This document shows, piece after piece, positions 9,570-17,664 of a DNA stretch of 64,000 bases. The position numbers were made by a program, and so were the translations under genes. The stretch lies in IMG/VR virus record IMGVR_UViG_3300048577_000531, positions 1,459 through 65,458 of that record; one strand, given 5' to 3'. The DNA is from a virus. Within the stretch, counting starts at the first letter, position 1. Each line of letters begins with the position of its first letter. Under the pieces are notes generated by a model, which saw only the letters and a list, made by a program, of their open reading frames with translations, made no database searches and was not told the origin of the DNA.

Positions 9570-9806
9570 TCAGTAGTAGCCGGTTGCGAAGTTGACGATG
9601 TTGGTGGCGTTGCCGGAAGCGAGATTGGCGATCTGCTCCTGCACATAAGCCTCGGTCGCGATCGGTTTGCCGCCTGCGGTCGAGCCGTCATGCAAGATCG
9701 GACGCCAGTTGGTCACGTCGATGATGATCTCGCGAGCGGCAAGTGTCGCCACCGCATTTTCAGCCGCTGTCAACCACGCGCGCTGTAGTCTCGAATATGC
9801 GCTCAT
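9570..9806 (-). CDS. Stand-alone Mtd N-terminal-like (fibre anchor) domain protein
   Basis: TAAENAVATLAAREIIIDVTNWRPILHDGSTAGGKP matches the pattern of major-tropism-determinant N-terminal domains. Confidence 0.65.
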   Translation of the reverse strand: MSAYSRLQRAWLTAAENAVATLAAREIIIDVTNWRPILHDGSTAGGKPIATEAYVQEQIANLASGNATNIVNFATGYY

Positions 9807-11053
9807 GCTGCATGCCCCAGGTCGAAGAGTTCTGTTATCGTGTCAGTTGCGTGCCCGAGATCCCCGAGCGCCGTTGCTCCGCCGATGTAAGTCGGCCCGG
9901 CCCAGTCAGCAGTTGCACTTGATGCCTTCACCCACAGCCGGTATGGCGAAACATCGGTCTGCAGAAAGGCGTAGTCCCGCGCTTCGCTGTCGTAGACCGC
10001 CCGCTCACTCAATGTTCCGCTCGTATCGTACGCAAGGCCTTGTCCGGCTTTCCCCTCCGGGCCTATTGGCCCTGTCGGTCCCGTCGGCCCTATTGGCCCT
10101 GTCTGTCCTGTCAATCCGGTCTGCCCACGCGGACCTTCGACGGAGTCACCTTTGTCGCCTTTCTCTCCCTTCGCGCCACGCGCGCCAGTGATCGCGATCG
10201 TCCATGACGATGCCGACCCGACACCCTCGACATAATCGACATTGAGGGTGAGTGCTCCGGTCGACGAATTGTAGCTCGTCACCGCGCCGACAAGCACTTG
10301 CGATAGGTCGGCAGATACGGCGCGCAGTCGCTGACCGACCGACCAAGCGATGCCCGCCTGGGTCGTTAATGACTTGGCGCCTATCCCGACAAGAACGGTA
10401 GACGAGCTGGTGCCAGCGATCGTCGGCGCTGGACCGGTTGGCCCGGTATCACCCTGGGCCGCAATCACGGCCCACCATGAAGATGATGACGCCGGCGTGT
10501 GATTTGTGTTGTTGGCTTGGAGCGAGATGTATCCTGCTCCAGATGAAGCGACAGTATCGCCGATGGCGTATGTCGTCCCGGCTGAGTAGATCCCTTTAAA
10601 CGATGTTCCTACAGGCGTCCCCTGCAGCTCCCACACTCCACCCGTTTTGAGCCACAGCTTCCAACTCCCGACATTTGTCTTGAGCGCGTATTGCCCTTCG
10701 CTTCCGAGCGATGGATCGGGCGCGTCCCCGCTCACCGCGTAGATGACGCTCGTCTCTTGCAGGTAGCCAAGCATCTTGAGAACGCGAACCATCGCCTCGG
10801 CGGTGCCGTAGCGCAGCATCGAGGTCTGATAGATCACATAGGATACGTTCGTCTTAGCGCCGCCGCCCCACGCCTTGATGGTCAGGTGGGTCGAGTCGAC
10901 GACGTCCATGACGCGCACTGGCTCGGCACCATCGATCGAGATTTCGTCGAACCGTTCCGCGTTCGGGAAATCCAGTATCCCGCCACTGATGGTTACGGTC
11001 GTTCCGCCGGCGCCGACCGATGCGGTGCCGGTTGAGTATTCAAGGTCTGCCAT
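9803..11053 (-). CDS. Tail fibre with carbohydrate-binding-like motif and collagen-like repeats
   Basis: FKGIYSAGTTYAIGDTV...WW (CBM5/12-like); Gly-X-Y run GAKGEKGDKGD...GPTGPIGPEGKAGQG. Confidence 0.8.
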   Translation of the reverse strand: MADLEYSTGTASVGAGGTTVTISGGILDFPNAERFDEISIDGAEPVRVMDVVDSTHLTIKAWGGGAKTNVSYVIYQTSMLRYGTAEAMVRVLKMLGYLQETSVIYAVSGDAPDPSLGSEGQYALKTNVGSWKLWLKTGGVWELQGTPVGTSFKGIYSAGTTYAIGDTVASSGAGYISLQANNTNHTPASSSSWWAVIAAQGDTGPTGPAPTIAGTSSSTVLVGIGAKSLTTQAGIAWSVGQRLRAVSADLSQVLVGAVTSYNSSTGALTLNVDYVEGVGSASSWTIAITGARGAKGEKGDKGDSVEGPRGQTGLTGQTGPIGPTGPTGPIGPEGKAGQGLAYDTSGTLSERAVYDSEARDYAFLQTDVSPYRLWVKASSATADWAGPTYIGGATALGDLGHATDTITELFDLGHAA

Positions 11054-11082
11054 GGTGATTGGTTCCCGCTAGACGACCGCAG

Positions 11083-11427
11083 CTATAGAAAGTGCTTATA
11101 TGGATCGACTATAACGGTGATCTCAGCAATTGTCCCTGCCGATCTGACCTTTCCGATCAGGTCGCGGCGCAGGACTTCACGATCCAAAACGTCGTCAGGC
11201 TTTGCGATTATGACATCAGCAAGCGCCTCAGCTGATAACCCGGCTGCCGTCGCCTCTTGCTTAAATGCGGCAGGGGCCTCCTCGCCGCTCTTCACCGCCG
11301 ATGCCACCTGCCGTTTGTAGCTGTGCACAAGATCGAGCGGAGATGTCATCGCTGCAAACGCAGCATTAATCGCTTTCTCTGCCCGCGTTCGATGCGCGCC
11401 GATCTCCGGATATGCTTCTATTTTCAT
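11083..11427 (-). CDS. Hypothetical tail-fibre assembly-like protein
   Basis: Helical 114 aa ORF coupled to its neighbours. Confidence 0.5.
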   Translation of the reverse strand: MKIEAYPEIGAHRTRAEKAINAAFAAMTSPLDLVHSYKRQVASAVKSGEEAPAAFKQEATAAGLSAEALADVIIAKPDDVLDREVLRRDLIGKVRSAGTIAEITVIVDPYKHFL

Positions 11428-11846
11428 GACGCTGCCTTCGCTACGATGACGTATGACCACGACACGTACGGCCAGCACTCGAAGTGCAGACGATACTCTC
11501 CAGGTACGCCAGTCGTGAATTCGATCGCAGATCCGTCGGCCGTTTCGGTCCGCACCGATAGTCCATCGAATATTTGGACTGCGGTGCCAGCAGGCACGTC
11601 CGTGATCACCGCCGCGTCCTTGCCGTCAGAGATGATCTCTTGCTTAGAAATCTGCGACGGATTGGTCGGACGACGGACGATCTTTTGCTCGACGTAAACA
11701 TCCAAAAGCGAGTCGATTTGCGTCTCTGTCGTGATGACGTTGCCGCCATCGGCTTGATACTTGCGCGCCAGCTCCGGGTCGGCGCCGTTAGCCTGCGAGC
11801 TGGTGATACGGCCTGACGCCGCATCGTAAACGATTAAGGTTGTCAT
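11424..11846 (-). CDS. Hypothetical tail protein
   Basis: ATGA overlaps on both sides; Ig-like C-terminus (GTAVQI...EFTTGVPGEYRL). Confidence 0.55.
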   Translation of the reverse strand: MTTLIVYDAASGRITSSQANGADPELARKYQADGGNVITTETQIDSLLDVYVEQKIVRRPTNPSQISKQEIISDGKDAAVITDVPAGTAVQIFDGLSVRTETADGSAIEFTTGVPGEYRLHFECWPYVSWSYVIVAKAAS

Positions 11847-12379
11847 GCGAGCGCTATCCACTTGAAATTATTGAGAACACCGAGTTCTCCGGATCCGTTC
11901 CCGTAATCGAAAACCCCAGTGCCGTTTGAATTATACCATTCCACCCCCCATTCGTGGACTTGGGCTGAAGCCCGTTGGGTGCTATAGATGGTGAATCCCC
12001 AATTATATACGACAGCCCACGCCCCACGATATGCGCCAAGCCACGGGCTCGGCCATGCAACTGCGAAGAACGACGTCAACGCCACCTGAATTCCCGTAGT
12101 AGTTTGCCAGCCGAACACGAGCGTCGGAGGCTGCGGGTAACTACGGCTAAAATAAACAGTCTGGCTACCTGGAGTAACGTCGTCCCATCTGTAGCTATCA
12201 ATATAGACGCTGAATACACGACCGCACTGCATCCCGATAATCGTCCCGCGCTCGACTTCCCGCATCGAAGCGAAGCGTGCATCGAACAAGAGATCGTCGA
12301 GTTTGGCGACGTCGACGCCTACGCCAGCACGAGACACCGAAAATTTTCCAGGTTCGGCACGAAGGAATTTCTCCGCCAT
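11843..12379 (-). CDS. Tail-tip accessory protein (paralogue 3)
   Basis: SRAGVGVDV..LDDLLFD N-terminal motif shared with the two upstream ORFs. Confidence 0.6.
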   Translation of the reverse strand: MAEKFLRAEPGKFSVSRAGVGVDVAKLDDLLFDARFASMREVERGTIIGMQCGRVFSVYIDSYRWDDVTPGSQTVYFSRSYPQPPTLVFGWQTTTGIQVALTSFFAVAWPSPWLGAYRGAWAVVYNWGFTIYSTQRASAQVHEWGVEWYNSNGTGVFDYGNGSGELGVLNNFKWIALA

Positions 12380-12813
12380 TATGTTGCATCCTTCGCCACC
12401 ACAAAATAACGAAGATACATATCCGTAGCAGGGTATCCGAGTTGTGACTGAAGGGCGGTGAGTCTGTTATAGACAGTGATGCGATCTGTATATGATGTCA
12501 CCTCAAACCGATCTCCGGACCACGCTCCTATAGAGTGGTAACACAACTGCGGAAACGTGTAATAGCTGCCATATATCGCGGAAAAGAAAACAAGCGGCGG
12601 GCTGTTGGCCTGTTCTGTAAAATATACTGTCCTAACTGTGCCATATGGAACGCCGACAATTCCGCGCGTGATAATCATCAGATTGGCGCCGAATGGCGAA
12701 ATCAGAAGATCAGCGTCGGCGGCATACCTAACGTCAACGCCAGGGCGCGACAGGAATACGCTGCGCACTGCGTCGCTGGCGCGTAAACCCATGAGCAGTT
12801 GCGGCGTTGCCAT
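12379..12813 (-). CDS. Tail-tip accessory protein (paralogue 2)
   Basis: SRPGVDV...DADLLIS motif; PPLVFF. Confidence 0.6.
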   Translation of the reverse strand: MATPQLLMGLRASDAVRSVFLSRPGVDVRYAADADLLISPFGANLMIITRGIVGVPYGTVRTVYFTEQANSPPLVFFSAIYGSYYTFPQLCYHSIGAWSGDRFEVTSYTDRITVYNRLTALQSQLGYPATDMYLRYFVVAKDAT

Positions 12814-13253
12814 CAGGTCTGATTCCTGAACACAAAGAACGCCCAGTCAAAACTCTGCAGCACATTCGTTGCACTGGCTGTCAAATCTACGGTGCTGAGT
12901 GTTGTCCTCCACGAATACGGGACCCTCCATGAGAAGAAGAGAATGCCACCGGAAGAAGACGTCGCACCGCTCACAACCAACTCGTCGCGATGTATTGTCG
13001 TTCCTGGCGTGAGAGGAACAATGAGAGCCAGTGGCGCAGTTGATAGTGCTGGGAAGGGAAACGTGATCGATCCGGCACCGCTTGGGATCGACGATGCCGA
13101 AACCTTTCCCTTTGCGTGAAGCCGTTCGATCTTTGGCCACGTCCAATCGATCGCCAGATAATCCTCGGTCAGCGCGGGCGGCGCCAGAACGTTGACGCCA
13201 GGCAGCGAAACACGCAGCCCCTCGGGCTGGATCAGCGTCATCGGCGTCGGCAT
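12813..13253 (-). CDS. Tail-tip accessory protein (paralogue 1)
   Basis: SLPGVNV...EDYLAID motif; follows the J-like gene. Confidence 0.6.
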   Translation of the reverse strand: MPTPMTLIQPEGLRVSLPGVNVLAPPALTEDYLAIDWTWPKIERLHAKGKVSASSIPSGAGSITFPFPALSTAPLALIVPLTPGTTIHRDELVVSGATSSSGGILFFSWRVPYSWRTTLSTVDLTASATNVLQSFDWAFFVFRNQT

Positions 13254-15925
13254 TACGGCCTCGACATGATAATGCGTGGCACGCCCGGCTCAATCCGCAT
13301 CAGTTGGCCTGTCGCGTCGGTGATCACGCCCGCCGTTAGAGTGCCCATGTTCGCAGTTATCGCGGACAAGGAACCGACGCTCATTTTTGTTGCCGTCACC
13401 GAACTGTCGATCAGAATGTAATCGGCTCGGATTCCGAAGCGCGCCGCTCCATTGACGTATCCGAATGTCAGAAGATCAGTCGGACCCTGAACGCCGGGAT
13501 AGGCGAAGCGGAATCGGTCGGCGAGGAACGTGATGCCGCTCTGCTGATTTCCACCGTTGAGCAGTTCGATCCCCGCTCCGTATCCATTGACGTCCGTCCA
13601 GATCGTGTATCGAGACGCTGCCCATCCCTCAATCGAGGCAATCGACTGTCCCTGCGCCGACACGCTCGACGTGAGTCCGCCGATTTGCGACGTCGTCTGC
13701 TGCTGAAATTCGCCCGTCGTGTACTGCAGATTCGTCAGCGACGTGATGGTTGATGTGAGCGAAGTCGACAACTGTCCGAGCGCGGTATTGGCCTCGATCT
13801 TGTAGGCAGCCAACGCTGCATCGACATCGGTCGCGACTTCGCGCACCTCATTGATCTCGGCGAACGCCGCCGTCGATCGCGACGACAATTGCGAGCGGAT
13901 GTCCTTGTGCTCCAGCCATGTTCTGGCCTGCGCGTCCGCGATCTCCGGGAATCTCGCTTTGATGGCAGCAATGTCGCGGGCGATCACTTCGAACAGCTTG
14001 GTGACTTGGTACTTGACGGCAGCGTCGAACTCTTCGACCGAATATCTGACGTCCAGCGTCGTGACTGGGATCCATCCGGACCACAGCGTGTCGCGCGGGG
14101 ATGACGGGATGTATCGCCCCCGGACGTCATAGCTCTGCACCGGCAAGATGGACTGCGTAATGATGACGGACCCGGCGGCAAGATTGTCCGTACGGCCTCG
14201 CGTCACCACGACCTCGTCGCCGGCGCGACGCACCTCAAACTGGACACCGGAGACGTCCGCGACGTCGCCCTCCCACGTCAGCAGGATCGCGGGCCGCCGC
14301 TGGATCCCATCGTCATCATAAAGGATCGTGGCTTGAGCGTCGAAATCGACGATCGCCTGAGCCGGAGGACGGATGATGACGGTCGGCCCGCTGGTAACCG
14401 GCGTGAAATCCGTCTCAAAATCGTAGTCGTAATCCGCCGGATCGATCTCGGTGAGATCGAGGATGACGTCGAGGTTGCCCTTATCGACTACGCCATCGAC
14501 GCGGAACTGCTTGGTCGTGTAGCTATTGCGCTCTGACGTCCACTCGCCGATGTCGCCGGGCTCCACCGGCCAGAAAGCAGGCGGCAGGTGGAAGGTATGG
14601 CGCCGCGCCCGCTGCGCCTCGGCAAGTGCCGTCTGCATCAGGTCCTGGACTTGCCGTGCATACGGCACCATGTCGAACGCGACGTCGGCCATCAGGCGGC
14701 GATTGCCGGCCAAGACTTCCAGATCAGCACGATACAGCGGCGGCGCCGACTTCGTGTTCCATGCCTCGTCCGGCGCCGGATAGGTCGCGGCAACCCCGTT
14801 GATCGTGTCGGAGAGACCGAAGAACGGCGTGAAGGTCTGCTCCTCCGTCGACAGGATATCGTCGTCGGTGAGATAGAATGTGGTACTACCTGGCGGGCCG
14901 CAGTAAAGCTTGTAGAACCCGCCGATCTCGGAAAGCCGACCCTGCATCGAGGTCAGAAGCTGCTCGATCGTCGAGGCGATCTCGTTACCGACTCTGACCT
15001 CGCCGCCGGCCCGATAGCGGGGCTCCATGCCGCTTTCGCCCTGGACCTCGGCGCGGCACGTGTCGATCTGCGCGATCCAATTCGCAGCGGGCAACCGGGC
15101 GCCGGTCATCTGCTGCAGGCCGTAGAACCAGTCACTTCCATACGTGATGCCGCGCAGGATGTTGTAGGCCTGCACCGCTGGCAGGTGGTCGCCGTCGCCG
15201 CCCCATGTCGCCGGATTATTCCAGCGATGCGATCCGGACCCGCCCGCCGTGTCGTCCTTGCTGATGTCGTAGAGCTTGACGCCATCAAGGACGAATTTGA
15301 ACGACGGGAAGCCCGAGAACAGCGTGTCATCGACCAGGGCCGTGCAGACCGCGTAGGCCACGCCGACTCCGACGCGTGTGGACTGATAGGGGCGTTCGGA
15401 TGATCCGAATTTCGCGACCAGATAGGCGTCCGCGGTCGCCTGTGCGCCGCCGTAGAACTTGACCCACAGGTGATCTTTGCCATCCTTGGCATACTCGGTG
15501 ACCGGATAGCCATAATCGGCATGTGCGGTCGCCCCAAGCGTCACCAGCTCGCCGTTGATCCAAACCTGCGCAAGCCCTGATACCGGCAGATCGGAGACAG
15601 CAATCACCTGGACAAAATAGGCGTTCGGCGTGTCGCCGTCCTGCCCCCACGTTCCCGTGTAGACAAGCGATCCCGCCGTCATGCCGCGGCCGAACATCGC
15701 CGAGCGGCCGATATCGCCGCCAGCGCTCAGCTTGCCTTGAACAGAAAACCCTGGCTGCGTCGTGTCGGTTGTTGCAGCCTCGTCGCTGCCTGAGATCGCC
15801 TTGGCGACCAGGCTGAGGCCGGTACCAACGGCCATATTGAGCGCAAACGTGCCGAACGCGCCAAGCCCGCCGATAAACGTCCCGATGGCACCGATCGCGG
15901 CGCCGATGGCGGTGAAGATGGCCAT
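13253..15925 (-). CDS. Tail tip / central fibre protein (lambda J-like)
   Basis: 890 aa after TMP, Dit and L-like genes; coiled-coil region then ITFLADRFRF (DUF1983-like) near the C-terminus. Confidence 0.85.
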   Translation of the reverse strand: MAIFTAIGAAIGAIGTFIGGLGAFGTFALNMAVGTGLSLVAKAISGSDEAATTDTTQPGFSVQGKLSAGGDIGRSAMFGRGMTAGSLVYTGTWGQDGDTPNAYFVQVIAVSDLPVSGLAQVWINGELVTLGATAHADYGYPVTEYAKDGKDHLWVKFYGGAQATADAYLVAKFGSSERPYQSTRVGVGVAYAVCTALVDDTLFSGFPSFKFVLDGVKLYDISKDDTAGGSGSHRWNNPATWGGDGDHLPAVQAYNILRGITYGSDWFYGLQQMTGARLPAANWIAQIDTCRAEVQGESGMEPRYRAGGEVRVGNEIASTIEQLLTSMQGRLSEIGGFYKLYCGPPGSTTFYLTDDDILSTEEQTFTPFFGLSDTINGVAATYPAPDEAWNTKSAPPLYRADLEVLAGNRRLMADVAFDMVPYARQVQDLMQTALAEAQRARRHTFHLPPAFWPVEPGDIGEWTSERNSYTTKQFRVDGVVDKGNLDVILDLTEIDPADYDYDFETDFTPVTSGPTVIIRPPAQAIVDFDAQATILYDDDGIQRRPAILLTWEGDVADVSGVQFEVRRAGDEVVVTRGRTDNLAAGSVIITQSILPVQSYDVRGRYIPSSPRDTLWSGWIPVTTLDVRYSVEEFDAAVKYQVTKLFEVIARDIAAIKARFPEIADAQARTWLEHKDIRSQLSSRSTAAFAEINEVREVATDVDAALAAYKIEANTALGQLSTSLTSTITSLTNLQYTTGEFQQQTTSQIGGLTSSVSAQGQSIASIEGWAASRYTIWTDVNGYGAGIELLNGGNQQSGITFLADRFRFAYPGVQGPTDLLTFGYVNGAARFGIRADYILIDSSVTATKMSVGSLSAITANMGTLTAGVITDATGQLMRIEPGVPRIIMSRP

Positions 15926-15929
15926 GCGA

Positions 15930-16394
15930 TCAGATCGGTTTCAGGAAGTGGACTTCGGCTGCGCGATAGCCGCGCCGCTGGTAGAGCTTGCCGACGACGG
16001 GGTCAGCCCCCATGCCGGCCATGCCGACGAACCGACACCCCCGCTCTTTCGCCCACGCCTCATAGGCATCAAGCATGCGCACCGCAGCCGATCCGCGATG
16101 GGCCGGGTCGATCCACCAGAGCGTTTCCTTTGCGATCCACACCGGCCCGAATGGATGCTCGAAGGCCGTGGCCATGAGGATGCCTTGCGGCACACCGTCG
16201 ACGTCGTGCACGGCGCAGTATGCGTGGCGACCGCCCATGACGTGCCGTAGGAACAGCCGTTCGGCATAGGCCGGATCGTACGGGAACACGAAGCCGGTCA
16301 GGCCGGCCGGATCGTCGAACCCGGCCCCCTCGCGGGAATCCTTGAGCAGCCGCACCACTGCGGCGCAGTCGCTTTTGCGGGCCGCCCTGATCAT
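15930..16394 (-). CDS. GNAT-family acetyltransferase in the tail operon
   Basis: MIRAARKSD..., WWIDPAHRGSAAVRML, LYQRRGY (acetyl-CoA motifs A and B). Confidence 0.85.
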   Translation of the reverse strand: MIRAARKSDCAAVVRLLKDSREGAGFDDPAGLTGFVFPYDPAYAERLFLRHVMGGRHAYCAVHDVDGVPQGILMATAFEHPFGPVWIAKETLWWIDPAHRGSAAVRMLDAYEAWAKERGCRFVGMAGMGADPVVGKLYQRRGYRAAEVHFLKPI

Positions 16395-17023
16395 ACCGTC
16401 GTCCCCGACGACTTACCCCAAAACAGTTCCCACTCACCAACGACCGCGACGTCTTGATAGAAGTTGTCCGTGGCGCTGCGGCGCCGTTGCGAAGCATCCG
16501 ATCGTGTGTCCGGATTCGACCGCGTCATCTCCTGGGTGTGCGACTTGCACCGCAGGCTGACGCTTCCCTCTTCTCCCTCTTTCGGCGTCGTGATCGGCGC
16601 CTCGTCGATGAAGCCGACGAAACGCGGCTCCGCCGGCGCGACCAGCGAACGCGTGTCTGGATCGAACAGACCACGGAATATCTCGACGCGACCCTGTTTG
16701 CAGTCGTAGCCGCGCACCAGATCGTTCACATGGTCGACGACCTGAGACAGCGTGATCGTGACCGCCTGCACCTGCAGGTTCGACACTAACGGAATATCCG
16801 AGATCGACACCAGCATGCCGGCGCCGTTGAACGTCCGCGCGACCGGCGAACCCGTATCCGGGCTGATCACCTGGCAGGTGATCGAGCCGACATCCGACCA
16901 CATCCCGTCCGTGACTGGGTCGCCTGTGTCGCGGTCGCGCACCACGAACCACAGAAAATCGCGAGCGACGAGGCGTCCCGCCGCCAGCGCGGCAGCGACT
17001 TCTGATGAGACCGTGCGACTCAT
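16391..17023 (-). CDS. Tail tip protein (lambda L-like)
   Basis: Position; RVEIFRGLFD...FVGFIDEA; RTDASQRRR..DNFY; ATG at 17023 overlaps the upstream stop. Confidence 0.7.
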   Translation of the reverse strand: MSRTVSSEVAAALAAGRLVARDFLWFVVRDRDTGDPVTDGMWSDVGSITCQVISPDTGSPVARTFNGAGMLVSISDIPLVSNLQVQAVTITLSQVVDHVNDLVRGYDCKQGRVEIFRGLFDPDTRSLVAPAEPRFVGFIDEAPITTPKEGEEGSVSLRCKSHTQEMTRSNPDTRSDASQRRRSATDNFYQDVAVVGEWELFWGKSSGTTV

Positions 17024-17664
17024 GACAGATACTGCACGGCCTGGAAGGCAACCGATCCAGAAAGCCCAGAGCGCATCTGAGGATTGACTGAGCCAGGCAC
17101 CAGCATGAACACACCCATCGGCTTCTTGAGCGTGACAGAGATCGCCGGAGAGAGCGTCCACCCAACGCGCAGATGCGGCCGCACCTCAAAGTAGGGCGTC
17201 AATCCCGAACCATTGGCGGTCGCGCTTTCCATGACCTGGTGCAAGGCCCGGTTGGTCCCGTATGTGAACGACAGATAATCACCTACGGACAGGACGAAGC
17301 CGGCATCGAGACCGCTGATCTTGATCGCTTTGTTGTTCGAATCGACAGCGTTGAGCACGCCCGTGTCGTTGAAGCTTCCACTTGCGTGCGCCTTCGGATA
17401 AGGCCGCCGCATATCGCCCGCTTCGAACGTCTGGATTGAGCCATCGAGCGAGTTCAGCGTCGCTTCGAAGCTCACCATGTCATCGAGGTCGAGCTCCGTG
17501 GTGACGTAGCTCCCGAACCATAGCGCGGGCCCGAGATCCTTGGCGACCGTCACTCCACCCGCCGTTCGGCTCGACTCCTGGCGCGAAGTCAAACGCAACG
17601 GCACGGCATCCGGCGCGTAGCCGCAAAAGCTCATGATATCGGTGCGTGGGAAAGAGATCGTCAT
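17020..17664 (-). CDS. Distal tail protein (Dit/M-like)
   Basis: Immediately after the tape measure; SRTAGG, W.GSY, LNSLDG pattern. Confidence 0.7.
   Translation of the reverse strand: MTISFPRTDIMSFCGYAPDAVPLRLTSRQESSRTAGGVTVAKDLGPALWFGSYVTTELDLDDMVSFEATLNSLDGSIQTFEAGDMRRPYPKAHASGSFNDTGVLNAVDSNNKAIKISGLDAGFVLSVGDYLSFTYGTNRALHQVMESATANGSGLTPYFEVRPHLRVGWTLSPAISVTLKKPMGVFMLVPGSVNPQMRSGLSGSVAFQAVQYLS

Noticed and set aside
10035-10185. Short tandem repeats (GGCCCTATTGGCCCTGTC)
   Set aside because: Explained by collagen-like Gly-X-Y coding in the fibre.
8027-11053. Diversity-generating retroelement suggested by the Mtd_N-like gene
   Set aside because: No reverse transcriptase and no TR/VR repeat pair seen in the window.
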